A DNA stretch of 59,854 bases from a virus (lineage: Duplodnaviria; Caudoviricetes). Position 1 is the first letter of the stretch, and every line of letters begins with the position of its first letter. The notes under the pieces were generated by a model that saw only the letters and a list, made by a program, of their open reading frames with translations, ran no database searches and was not told the origin of the DNA. Below are positions 50,852 to 59,854 of this stretch, piece by piece. The stretch spans positions 1 through 59,854 of IMG/VR virus record IMGVR_UViG_3300020235_000181; one strand, given 5' to 3'. Position numbers and translations under genes: made by a program.

Positions 50852-51367
50852 ATGGCTATTATAGCAACTGACCTATTACTAAGACTTTCAGGCGGGGCTG
50901 GAAATTCAGATCCAGACTTAGCATTGGGTGGAGTTATGTCTACTTCTACAGCAATCTCTCCTACAGTAGCAGAAGAGAATATGTTTAGTAATGTAGACGG
51001 TGCAGAGGCATCAGCTGGCAGTACAAAATATAGAGGAAATTACATTTTAAATAATCACGGTTCATTAACACTATCAAACTCAGTAGTTTGGATTCCAACT
51101 AATACACCTTCATCTGACACTGTTATCGCAATAGCATTGGCAGGGGAAGGCAAAGATGTAACTATGGAAATTATAGCAAACGAAGATACAGCACCATCAG
51201 GTGAAACTTTTACAAGTCCAGCAACTAAAGGAGCTGGTTTATCAACAGGTGACATGGCATTTAGTGAGTTTTTCGGTATTTGGTATAGACGAATTGTAAG
51301 TGCAGCTTCAAGTGCATTTGACAACGATGATTGGGCTTTTGAACTGGAAGGAGATACACCAGCATAA
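50852..51367 (+). CDS. Structural protein heading fibre module 2
   Basis: 'LSGGA.N.DP...LGG', 'F..V.G.EA.AG...YR' and 'IW.RR.V' phage structural pattern; late promoter. Confidence 0.6.
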   Translation: MAIIATDLLLRLSGGAGNSDPDLALGGVMSTSTAISPTVAEENMFSNVDGAEASAGSTKYRGNYILNNHGSLTLSNSVVWIPTNTPSSDTVIAIALAGEGKDVTMEIIANEDTAPSGETFTSPATKGAGLSTGDMAFSEFFGIWYRRIVSAASSAFDNDDWAFELEGDTPA

Positions 51368-51369
51368 TC

Positions 51370-51654
51370 ATGGCTTCTAAACGTTCTTGTTATAAGTGTG
51401 GAGATAAACTTCAAGTCAATGAAGAATTAGGATATATGGAATGTGTTTCTGGTAGACACATTGAGCCAATTAATACAATTAGACCTCAATGGTGGAACGA
51501 GTGTCCAAAATCTGAGGGTGGTTGTGGTAATAAAGGACTTAATGGTGCTAGACAAGAGCCAAGAGTTCAAGATAGAAAAACCCTTGTCTTAGTTGAAAAA
51601 GTAGCAGAGCCTATTATCTGCAAAGCTTGTGGATTTACGTTTACGAAGAGGTAA
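51370..51654 (+). CDS. Zn-finger protein
   Basis: CYKC...C...H and CPK..GGC...CKAC. Confidence 0.55.
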   Translation: MASKRSCYKCGDKLQVNEELGYMECVSGRHIEPINTIRPQWWNECPKSEGGCGNKGLNGARQEPRVQDRKTLVLVEKVAEPIICKACGFTFTKR

Positions 51655-51660
51655 GCCTAA

Positions 51661-52164
51661 ATGGGCGATAGATTCAGTGAGTTACCAGAACTTACAACTA
51701 TACCACTTGATTTAGATTATCTTGCCACGGTAGATACAAGTGGTTCTGATGAAACTAAATTTATTAAATATCCTTTATTTCTAAAGAAATCTGTCAGACC
51801 TGTAATAGTTGCATTAACAGATGAACTAACTGTGTTACCAACTGCTAGTACAACTGTTCCATTATTGACATTTCGTATGCCTTATAAGATGATAGTAACA
51901 GAAGTGAGAGCCTCACTGACAACTGCGGGCACGGGTGCAGCTTTGGTAACTGTCGACATACATGAATCGGGAACAACTATTTTATCCGTAAAAATAACAA
52001 TAGATGCAACTGAAAAGACAAGTACGACAGCTGTTACAGATTCAACCATAAGTGATTCTGACTTGGCTGACGATGCTGAAATGGAAGTATTCTTAGATGT
52101 TCAAGATACCGACAACGTAGCGACAGGTTTAAAAGTAATGTTGATCGGACATGAGAATATATGA
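51661..52164 (+). CDS. Fibre-associated jelly-roll protein
   Basis: 'TFRMPY.M..TEVRASLTTA...TVDI...GLKV.LIG' pattern. Confidence 0.55.
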   Translation: MGDRFSELPELTTIPLDLDYLATVDTSGSDETKFIKYPLFLKKSVRPVIVALTDELTVLPTASTTVPLLTFRMPYKMIVTEVRASLTTAGTGAALVTVDIHESGTTILSVKITIDATEKTSTTAVTDSTISDSDLADDAEMEVFLDVQDTDNVATGLKVMLIGHENI

Positions 52165-55100
52165 GCCTTGTAATTATAAATCCTTCATTATATGGTGGAG
52201 TGCCACCATTATTTACATTTGGTAGTGTGAATAAATTAGTATCTAATAATCTTCAAGCTAGTCTTGGTTGTGGAAAATCCATTGTTAGAACTAAAGGTGC
52301 AGGTAATGATAGTTATCTTTCAATAGATTCTGTTATAGATGTAGATGGTCAAAATCTAAAAGGTGCTAGAGTTATGGTTAGAGCAAGTAATGGGGTATTA
52401 TATTCTGCATATCAAGACACTGGAAATAATGCAATAATGAAAAAATATATTGACAGTCCACCATGGTCGGCAAGTTTAGGTGATATAAGTAAGCCGACTG
52501 ATGCAGATACAGCAGCTATTGCAATAGCAATAGATTCTAACGATTTAATTCATGTTGTTTATTGGAATAATGGTGTTGGATTAAGATATGTAACTTTCGA
52601 CATAACCACTGAGCTCTGGGGTATTGTAGTAACAGCACATTCAGATACAAATACAAATGGCGATCCTTACGTTGGAATCTCTATTGATTCAGCAAATATT
52701 CCCCATGTTGTATTCACAATAGATGGTGGCGATGGTTTTGAAGGATGGCGATATAGAAATAGAATTGGCGGTTCTTGGAATAGTGCAGTTACTATTTCAG
52801 GTGGAACAATGCACAGGCGTTTTGATTTTTTGATTCTGCAAGATGATCGACCATTCATAGTTTGTAATTTACAAGGTAATAATTTTGCTCAAATAACAAT
52901 GACTTATGGAAATGTAAATAATGCAACAAGTTTTAGTGGGATAGCTAGTCCCGCAACACTTGTCGATGATTTTGTTCCGTCTTGTGTTCAAGATGCAAGG
53001 GGTGATCTTTTCGTATCGATTGTTCATAATGGTGATCTAAAAATACGAAAGAATCTTTTGAATGACACCGATCTTGTTTTTTCAACAGTTACTGTTGCAA
53101 GTTCAACAGGTGATAACACTTCAATGACAATAGACCAAGCAAACGATCTGTATATATTTACAGACAATGGTGCAGGGGTTACGCAATATTACAAGTCCAC
53201 AAACGGTGGAAGATCATGGGGATCAGCACAAACACATAATACGGGAACAGTCATAGATGAAAATATTCGTACAAGATGGTCTAATCTCAATTATCATTTT
53301 CCAAATAAACTAGACTATACATTGAATGATGAATCTGCTAATGATATTTACTTTAACATAGTCCTATCTGACACTTACGAAACTTGGCGAAATAATACAT
53401 CATTTACTGGATCTAATAATAGAAATGAACTAGGTGCAAGATCCCTTGTTAGAACATCAACTGGAATTTTGTATCAGATACAAAGAGGAGTAGCTGCCGA
53501 TCATTTGGAAATGAACAGATCAATTAACGAAGGAGTTAATTTTCCTGAACAGGATCAAGCAGGCACACCAACTGGAGTAGATACAAATGCTATTGCTTGT
53601 GCCATTGATTCAGCAGATATTATTCATTGTATATTTTGGAATCAAGGTGTAGGATTAAGATATGTAACTTTTGATACAGGAACAGGTTTGTGGGGAACAG
53701 CAGTAACAGCAATTTCAAAAACAACTACAGTAGATGTGCCATTCCTTGCAATAACAATCGATTCAAATGATATTCTCCATGTAGCATTTAATGATAACCC
53801 TGCAAGTGCCGACAGAATAAGATACACAAATAGAGTAGGTGGAAGTTGGAAAGCAGATATTGATGTTCAAGGAACAAGTGCAGATCATAAATTTGACATT
53901 ACTATTGACGATGATGATATTCCGCAAATTTGCGGGACTAAAATTGACGGTTCGCCAACTGTGTATGCTTTTCTAGGAAATCAAAATGATGTTACAAGTT
54001 GGACAACAGAAGTAATAATATCTACGGGGGTTACTGATGTTGCACCTACTATTGTAGTTGACAAAAAAGGTGACACATACATTGGCTATTCTACAAATGC
54101 AGATGTAATAGTTAAGAAACATCCTAAAGGAGCAAGTTGGACTACTGGATGGGAAACTACTGTTGTCGTTGCAAGTGGAACGTTTGAAGATATGAGTATG
54201 ATATTAGACAGATATGATAATCCAATAATTTTCACAAACAATTCAGGCAATACAGTATTTGCTTACAAGTCGGAAGATGGTGGAGTAACATGGTCAGCGT
54301 TAGATACAAGCCATAATACTCCTACTGCTACAGATGAACATATAAGATGTAGATGGAGTTTCTTGAATTACTATTTTCCAGATCAATTTGATTATACTCT
54401 ATGTGACACAGGTGCTAGTGATATTTATTTTAACAAAATAGTTCAAACTGGATCTGATCACCTATACGTTGTAGGTAGAAATCCATCAGATGATGAAGTT
54501 GAAGCTTGGTTTTCTCCAACAGAAGGACAAACTTGGGAACTTGTTAATAAACCCGATAGTCCAACAGGTGTAGATGAAGATTCTGTATCTTGTGCGATAG
54601 ATGGTTTAGATGATATTCATATTGCTTTTCAAGATGATTCGATTGGAGCAAGATGGGTAAAGTTTGATATGGGTACACAGTCATATGGATCATCCGAAAC
54701 AATATTGGGAGAAACTTTTAATGTAGAATATAATACTTCAATTTGTGTAGATATTAATGATGCACCTCATACAGCGTGTTCAACTTATGTAGGTACTGAA
54801 TCAATAATATACAGAGATAGAGCCTCTGGAATTTGGTCAAATGGATTTCAATTCGGTGGTAGTGGGGACTCTGATACAAGTGGAATGGATATAACAATGG
54901 ATAACTTGGATAGACCAGTATTTTGTGCTAATTTTGCAATTTCTGGTAATGACAGATGTTATATTAGATATGGAAATGCTAATGAGCCTACAATAATGGA
55001 TCAAGAAACTGCTGATAGTAATGTTGGTAATAAGTTTACACCAGCTATGGCTGTTAATAGCATAGGTGACATAATCGTTTGTTGGGTTAGGACTAATGGT

Positions 55101-55448
55101 GATATTAGAAGAATAAAGCATGACAAGGATGCTGGTATAGGTACATGGGAAACTACTGATGTTACTGTAGCAGTAGGAGATTTTGAAAATTGTTCTATGA
55201 TGGTAGATGAACGTGATAACTTTGTAGTATTTGCAGTCGATTCAAGTAACGTAACTCAGGTTTGGATTTCAGAAGATGCTGGAGCAACATGGGAATCAGG
55301 AGGAACACATGATATGCAGGGAATTACTGATGAATATGTGAGAGTTAGATGGTCATATATTTATAATCATAATCCTAGTAAAGTCGATTATACTGTATAT
55401 GATCCAGTAACAAATGATGTCTATTATAATTCGGGAATAATAACTTAA
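52161..55448 (+). CDS. Large adhesin with three BNR/Asp-box beta-propeller units
   Basis: Asp-boxes 'S.(D/N)GG.(S/T)W', repeated 'AIDS.D.IH', and three copies of 'R.RWS..NY..P...DYT..D....D(I/V)Y(F/Y)N'. Confidence 0.8.
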   Translation: MSLVIINPSLYGGVPPLFTFGSVNKLVSNNLQASLGCGKSIVRTKGAGNDSYLSIDSVIDVDGQNLKGARVMVRASNGVLYSAYQDTGNNAIMKKYIDSPPWSASLGDISKPTDADTAAIAIAIDSNDLIHVVYWNNGVGLRYVTFDITTELWGIVVTAHSDTNTNGDPYVGISIDSANIPHVVFTIDGGDGFEGWRYRNRIGGSWNSAVTISGGTMHRRFDFLILQDDRPFIVCNLQGNNFAQITMTYGNVNNATSFSGIASPATLVDDFVPSCVQDARGDLFVSIVHNGDLKIRKNLLNDTDLVFSTVTVASSTGDNTSMTIDQANDLYIFTDNGAGVTQYYKSTNGGRSWGSAQTHNTGTVIDENIRTRWSNLNYHFPNKLDYTLNDESANDIYFNIVLSDTYETWRNNTSFTGSNNRNELGARSLVRTSTGILYQIQRGVAADHLEMNRSINEGVNFPEQDQAGTPTGVDTNAIACAIDSADIIHCIFWNQGVGLRYVTFDTGTGLWGTAVTAISKTTTVDVPFLAITIDSNDILHVAFNDNPASADRIRYTNRVGGSWKADIDVQGTSADHKFDITIDDDDIPQICGTKIDGSPTVYAFLGNQNDVTSWTTEVIISTGVTDVAPTIVVDKKGDTYIGYSTNADVIVKKHPKGASWTTGWETTVVVASGTFEDMSMILDRYDNPIIFTNNSGNTVFAYKSEDGGVTWSALDTSHNTPTATDEHIRCRWSFLNYYFPDQFDYTLCDTGASDIYFNKIVQTGSDHLYVVGRNPSDDEVEAWFSPTEGQTWELVNKPDSPTGVDEDSVSCAIDGLDDIHIAFQDDSIGARWVKFDMGTQSYGSSETILGETFNVEYNTSICVDINDAPHTACSTYVGTESIIYRDRASGIWSNGFQFGGSGDSDTSGMDITMDNLDRPVFCANFAISGNDRCYIRYGNANEPTIMDQETADSNVGNKFTPAMAVNSIGDIIVCWVRTNGDIRRIKHDKDAGIGTWETTDVTVAVGDFENCSMMVDERDNFVVFAVDSSNVTQVWISEDAGATWESGGTHDMQGITDEYVRVRWSYIYNHNPSKVDYTVYDPVTNDVYYNSGIIT

Positions 55449-55491
55449 AAACACCCACAAACTTAAATACCAAAAACATATATATCCTTAT

Positions 55492-55707
55492 ATGTCTAAC
55501 TGTAAGAAATGTGGAGTACAATTAACTAAAATTGAAGATGTGTGGGATGATAAAGTACCTAACCTATTACATAGGCACGTATTCTGTAATACTGATCCTT
55601 TACTTGGTGGATGTGGGAATGATTTTTGGTATACTAAACAATATAATGAGGCAACACATGAAGAGGCTACAAAGGTAGTATTTAATCAAAAGGTGGTTCA
55701 AATATGA
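55492..55707 (+). CDS. Zn-ribbon protein
   Basis: CKKC...C......GGC; late promoter. Confidence 0.55.
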   Translation: MSNCKKCGVQLTKIEDVWDDKVPNLLHRHVFCNTDPLLGGCGNDFWYTKQYNEATHEEATKVVFNQKVVQI

Positions 55708-56009
55708 CTAAATGGGATGATAATGATTTTCCGAAAGCAGATAATCCCCAAGATGTAGGATGGTTTGTTTCTTATTGGAGAATAGAAAAATGTCATACAG
55801 GATGTCAAGATGGATATACCTTACGATCAACACAATTTGATCACTTACCTCTTTCTGCAACTAAGGGTGAGGCAATAGCACTTTTTAATAAATACGTAAT
55901 ACAGAAAAGAGCTGGTGGTGATAGAACTGGTATTAAAGGTCTAGTATTATTCTTATCAAAGATTGAAATGGTATCTGAGATTTTAGATCATTCAGGGAAT
56001 TTGAAATAA
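55704..56009 (+). CDS. Hypothetical protein
   Basis: Translationally coupled ORF in the fibre operon. Confidence 0.5.
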   Translation: MTKWDDNDFPKADNPQDVGWFVSYWRIEKCHTGCQDGYTLRSTQFDHLPLSATKGEAIALFNKYVIQKRAGGDRTGIKGLVLFLSKIEMVSEILDHSGNLK

Positions 56010-56010
56010 T

Positions 56011-56799
56011 ATGGTAAATCTATTTAATGATGGTGGATGTTACAACGGTATGAGAGTAGCACAAGATGGTGCTGGTCAAGGTACACGTAATTACTTACAC
56101 ACAGTTGGAGATGCAAATGTAAATGTTGATAATACTAAACATATTATATTAGCCTTTAATTTTGATGCTGACGACATGAATGAATCTACTACTGTAATGT
56201 TATTACGATGGAGAAATGTTACTGATGCTGGTTCATTTGCAGAAGTAACCTCATCAGGTGAAATAAAATGGGCTACCGACAGTGACTTAATAAATAATAA
56301 TGCTGTTGTATCTGGTGAGGATTGTGGTGCTAATTCTATAAACTGTACTACTAAAGGATGGAGTCATGGTGACGGTGTAGAAAGAGAAGGTGCTAATAGT
56401 CTTTCATTTTTCTTTACACAAGATGTCTTTTATGATTTTCATTGGTCTATAGATTTATCTGGTACTGATCCAGACGATCAGTATGAATTTGAAATTGTAG
56501 ATGATAGTACAGATTTCATGGCTTTAGGTGCTACCAAAATTACTGTAAAAGATCCATTAAGTTTAATTGCAGAGTCAAGAGATGATGATGATAACTTAGT
56601 AGTATCTTGTGGAGCAAATCTATTAGAAAGAACAGGCTCGTTTCCATATACATATACACAAATAGATTCTGCTACAACCGATGGAACACTTGGAACACAT
56701 ACATTCCTATTCTTATCTACAAACAATATGAGAATCTTTTACCTTAAAGAACTCACCCCCGATCAATGGGATATGTCTGATGAAGTAACTGGTGCTTAG
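56011..56799 (+). CDS. Fibre protein with shared C-terminal domain
   Basis: The last 76 aa are paralogous to the C-terminus of 58184..59770. Confidence 0.6.
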   Translation: MVNLFNDGGCYNGMRVAQDGAGQGTRNYLHTVGDANVNVDNTKHIILAFNFDADDMNESTTVMLLRWRNVTDAGSFAEVTSSGEIKWATDSDLINNNAVVSGEDCGANSINCTTKGWSHGDGVEREGANSLSFFFTQDVFYDFHWSIDLSGTDPDDQYEFEIVDDSTDFMALGATKITVKDPLSLIAESRDDDDNLVVSCGANLLERTGSFPYTYTQIDSATTDGTLGTHTFLFLSTNNMRIFYLKELTPDQWDMSDEVTGA

Positions 56800-56801
56800 T
56801 C

Positions 56802-57347
56802 ATGGTAACTGTCCCACGTAAGGGTTATATTCGATTAGAGGCAGATAGAATAACTGCTACACCTGTACCAAGAAAAGGATATATTCGACCAGAGATAGAT
56901 AGAGTCGTACTAAGAGTTAATAGGACTTGGAATATTAGGCATGACTTGGGTGGTGCAACAGGTCGTGTATGGAATCTAAGGCATGATATTGATGAGTTCA
57001 TTAATCAAACTTTCAATATTAGACATAATATAGCCGAATTAGTTGGTAGAACGTGGAATCTTAGACATGACATAGGTGAGTTCATAGGAAGAGTATGGAA
57101 TCTAAGACACCAAGTAATAGCATTTGCTACAAGAGTGTGGAATCTTAGACATGATATGGATGGTACTGTTGGTAGAGTATGGAATCTTAGACATGATATT
57201 AAGACCTCAATAGGTAGAGTATGGAATCTAAGACACCAAGTAACACCATTTAAAGCATTTCCAATAGTTAATCCAGTAGAAATAATAATGAAGAAAAGAA
57301 ATGCAAATTTAACAAGCAACGTAATAACAGGTGAAACTCTGATATGA
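56802..57347 (+). CDS. 14-aa repeat fibre shaft-like protein
   Basis: 8 copies of (G/N)R(V/T)WN(L/I)RH(D/Q) and a duplicated N-terminal VPRKGYIR. Confidence 0.7.
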   Translation: MVTVPRKGYIRLEADRITATPVPRKGYIRPEIDRVVLRVNRTWNIRHDLGGATGRVWNLRHDIDEFINQTFNIRHNIAELVGRTWNLRHDIGEFIGRVWNLRHQVIAFATRVWNLRHDMDGTVGRVWNLRHDIKTSIGRVWNLRHQVTPFKAFPIVNPVEIIMKKRNANLTSNVITGETLI

Positions 57348-57421
57348 GTGATGTCTATAATTCAGGCATAATAACTTAAAAGTACCTACAAACTTAAATA
57401 CCAAAATCATATATATCATTC

Positions 57422-57850
57422 ATGTCAGTAGTTGTTGGGCAAGAAAACCCCGGTCAAGCATTTGTAAGAAGAGCTGCGGGTTTTAGAGCCTATATGTTAA
57501 ATGGGGATATAATTAGTGCAGATTTAAGTGCAGATATTGTATTTAAAATTGCATGGAATAATTTAGATCATGCAAACTTAGTATCTGTTGTTTTATTTCA
57601 AAATCAACGATTTGGTGTATATGAATCAGATGGAGTTCTCAGATGGCGTAACTATAGATTTTTAATTCATACTAATACAGATAGTGATGATGCTACGAAT
57701 TATTGGATGGATGATAATACTATGTTAATTGAAGAAGGCTTCTCATCTGATATTCCACCGGGTGCACATGACTATCCAATGGTCATAAGGGATTATTCAT
57801 TAATTGCAGCTATACAACTTCTAGCGTTTAATGATGTGGTTTGGAACTAA
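57422..57850 (+). CDS. Hypothetical protein
   Basis: CTTAAATA 29 nt upstream. Confidence 0.5.
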   Translation: MSVVVGQENPGQAFVRRAAGFRAYMLNGDIISADLSADIVFKIAWNNLDHANLVSVVLFQNQRFGVYESDGVLRWRNYRFLIHTNTDSDDATNYWMDDNTMLIEEGFSSDIPPGAHDYPMVIRDYSLIAAIQLLAFNDVVWN

Positions 57851-58194
57851 TGCCTTTTCAACTTAAGATTAAAGAGTGGTATATTTTCTATGGTGATGAG
57901 ACAGTTATCAAAGGAGATAATATTGATACATGGCACAATGCACCAAATGAAAATGTCCAAGCAATTCTATTAAGATACGAAGATGGTAAACCAGAAGTTA
58001 TATCAAAAGGAGCAGGGCTTTATTGTATGTGGAAAAATCAACATGGAATTAGATTTGAAGGGTGCAATAAAGGTGATGGTTTTTCATATCCCGATGAATG
58101 TCAACCAGATGGTATTAAATGTGGTATGACTATTGATACTGATCTTTTTCTAAAGATCATTACAAAAGCACAGGAAATGAGAGATGACTCTTAA
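57841..58194 (+). CDS. Hypothetical protein
   Basis: Coupled ORF in the operon. Confidence 0.5.
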   Translation: MELMPFQLKIKEWYIFYGDETVIKGDNIDTWHNAPNENVQAILLRYEDGKPEVISKGAGLYCMWKNQHGIRFEGCNKGDGFSYPDECQPDGIKCGMTIDTDLFLKIITKAQEMRDDS

Positions 58195-59770
58195 AGTATT
58201 TGCGGGAGTATTTGAAAAAAGAAGTGGAACAGGTACACAAGCAATAACTGGATTTGGATTTTTACCTAAAGGTGTAAAAATTACAATGGTAGAGAATACT
58301 GCAAGTGGACAAAAGACAGATATTAATTACTCAATAGGATTTGGAACTTCATCTACTAATAGAGGTTGTTTGATACACACCAAGCATCAGGGAACTGACC
58401 TTGGTGGAGAAAGACATTCAAACACTTCTATAATGGGAATCATAAGTAATACTGGAACTATAGAAGAAGAAGCCGACCTCGATTCTATGGATAGTGATGG
58501 TATTACATTAGACTGGACAACATCAACAACTACATTAATGAAATTTAAAGTCGAAGCATGGGGTGGAACTGATGTAACCAATATTACTGTATTTGAATTT
58601 GGATTATCTGCTACAACAGGTAATCATTCTGAAACAGGAATGGGATTCCAGCCTGACTTTGGTATGATTGTTACTGATGGAAATGTACTTGCTAATGCTT
58701 TTGCTAATAAGATTATTTTTGCATATGGAGTCGGAAAATCAGCTAGTGATAGATGGAATTTATCTGGTTCTAACAAGAATAAGATTACAAAGACACTTCA
58801 AGGTGGTGGAGCATTACATTCTAATGGTATGTTTTCAGTTAGAAAGAAAACTGCTCAATATGATAGTGAGGCTGAGTTAGTCAGTTATGATACTGATGGA
58901 TTAACTTATAATACTTCTGATGCTCCTATGAACGCAGGGGGTATAGTATGTGGATTATACATGAAGCTTACTACACCAGCAGACGTTCAACTTGGTACAT
59001 TTAATAAATCAACAAGTGGTGCACCTACCGATGATGCTATAACAAGTATTGGTTGTGATCCTACAATGGTTTCTTTTGTTACTGCTGGTGGTGAAGCGGT
59101 TAATACAGCAAGATCAAATGAATACCACGCAGCTTACGGTTGTGCATTTGATACACTTGAAACATATTCATCTTCTGATATGCGAGAAAATGCAACTGAT
59201 GATCCTGTCGTAGATAGTTCCTTATGGTCTGAAACTAAAGTAATTGGACTTCATACAAATGCTAGTAATGCAACTATAGATTCTGAGGCAGATTTCAAAT
59301 CCTTTGATACTGGTGGATTTACTATTACATGGACTACAAACGATAGTAACGCATGGGGTGTAGGCTGGGTAGCTTGGGAAGGATTTAGTGCTATTTTAGT
59401 TGGTCGTACTTGGGATATTCGACATGATATATCTGACTTTGTTAATCAAACTTTCAATATAAGGCATGATATAGCAGAATTAATAGGTCGTACATGGAAT
59501 ATACGGCATGACATAGCTGCGTTTGTTTTTGTTCCAGCAGAAAGTAGAGATAAAAATGATATTATAGTTGGCTCAGTCGGGGTAGTTTTGTTCAAAAAGA
59601 CTGGTTCATTTCCATATACATATACACAAACAGATAGTGCAACAACAGACGGAACTTTAGGAACACATAACTTCGTTGTAGAAGTAGATGGTTCTGTATA
59701 TGTAATATTTTATCTGAAAGAACTAAGCCCTGATGAATGGGATATGTCAGGTGAATTTATTGCCTCATAG
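58184..59770 (+). CDS. Tail/head fibre protein with three internal repeats, WNIRHD repeats and shared C-terminal domain
   Basis: Three 'T..GF.P...A.L.S.D.DG.T..WT' units, 3 WxIRHDI-type repeats, and the paralogous C-terminus. Confidence 0.7.
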   Translation: MTLKVFAGVFEKRSGTGTQAITGFGFLPKGVKITMVENTASGQKTDINYSIGFGTSSTNRGCLIHTKHQGTDLGGERHSNTSIMGIISNTGTIEEEADLDSMDSDGITLDWTTSTTTLMKFKVEAWGGTDVTNITVFEFGLSATTGNHSETGMGFQPDFGMIVTDGNVLANAFANKIIFAYGVGKSASDRWNLSGSNKNKITKTLQGGGALHSNGMFSVRKKTAQYDSEAELVSYDTDGLTYNTSDAPMNAGGIVCGLYMKLTTPADVQLGTFNKSTSGAPTDDAITSIGCDPTMVSFVTAGGEAVNTARSNEYHAAYGCAFDTLETYSSSDMRENATDDPVVDSSLWSETKVIGLHTNASNATIDSEADFKSFDTGGFTITWTTNDSNAWGVGWVAWEGFSAILVGRTWDIRHDISDFVNQTFNIRHDIAELIGRTWNIRHDIAAFVFVPAESRDKNDIIVGSVGVVLFKKTGSFPYTYTQTDSATTDGTLGTHNFVVEVDGSVYVIFYLKELSPDEWDMSGEFIAS

Positions 59771-59779
59771 GAGTAAATC

Positions 59780-59854
59780 ATGGTAACTGTACCTATTAAG
59801 GGTTATATTAGAGCAAGTTTAGAAAGAACTACTGGTACTGCTGTATTAATCAAA
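59780..59854 (+). CDS. Paralog of 56802..57347 (truncated by window edge)
   Basis: Starts MVTVPIKGYIR versus MVTVPRKGYIR. Confidence 0.7.
   Translation, partial: MVTVPIKGYIRASLERTTGTAVLIK

Noticed and set aside
520-58880. Many antisense or nested ORFs in the track (for example 520-729, 16701-17111, 22672-23025, 49917-50414, 57005-57319)
   Set aside because: They are shadows of well-supported genes, with no motifs or promoters.
56569-59770. Diversity-generating retroelement TR/VR pair
   Set aside because: No reverse transcriptase in the window, both copies are coding, and the differences are largely synonymous rather than adenine-specific.
1-59854. Integrase, DNA polymerase B, amoC, purZ or tail sheath genes
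   Set aside because: No motifs recognised in this window; they could lie outside it.

Overview
The window is most of the genome of a tailed dsDNA virus (siphovirus-like, no tail sheath gene seen) with an archaeal host, most likely an ammonia-oxidising Nitrososphaeria (Thaumarchaeota). Evidence for an archaeal host: archaeal-type RadA, a primase-polymerase/MCM helicase fusion, TATA boxes 29-30 nt before start codons (leaderless mRNAs), and small proteins resembling families I recall from Nitrosopumilus/Nitrososphaera. Layout: capsid C-terminus, neck and tail genes (1-8.7 kb); exonuclease and terminase (8.9-11.6 kb); a first fibre/adhesin module (15-20 kb); nucleotide, methylation and replication genes (20-28.5 kb); a minus-strand block of small early/accessory genes including an amidoligase, glutamine amidotransferase and gamma-glutamylcyclotransferase set (28-37.8 kb); a 2-kb largely non-coding repeat and small-RNA region (37.8-39.7 kb); more accessory genes, radA and portal (40-50.5 kb); a second fibre/adhesin module running off the right edge. 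The most interesting unannotated signals are: several promoter-linked, GC-rich structured small RNA candidates (one tRNA-shaped); a helically phased TATA-containing repeat array with a dispersed TAGGCACGA motif; a promoter in the loop of a perfect 18-bp inverted repeat; a gene apparently split by a 186-nt insert; a -1 frameshift in the tail chaperone; and modular fibre genes. All protein calls are from motif recognition by eye, and no searches were run.
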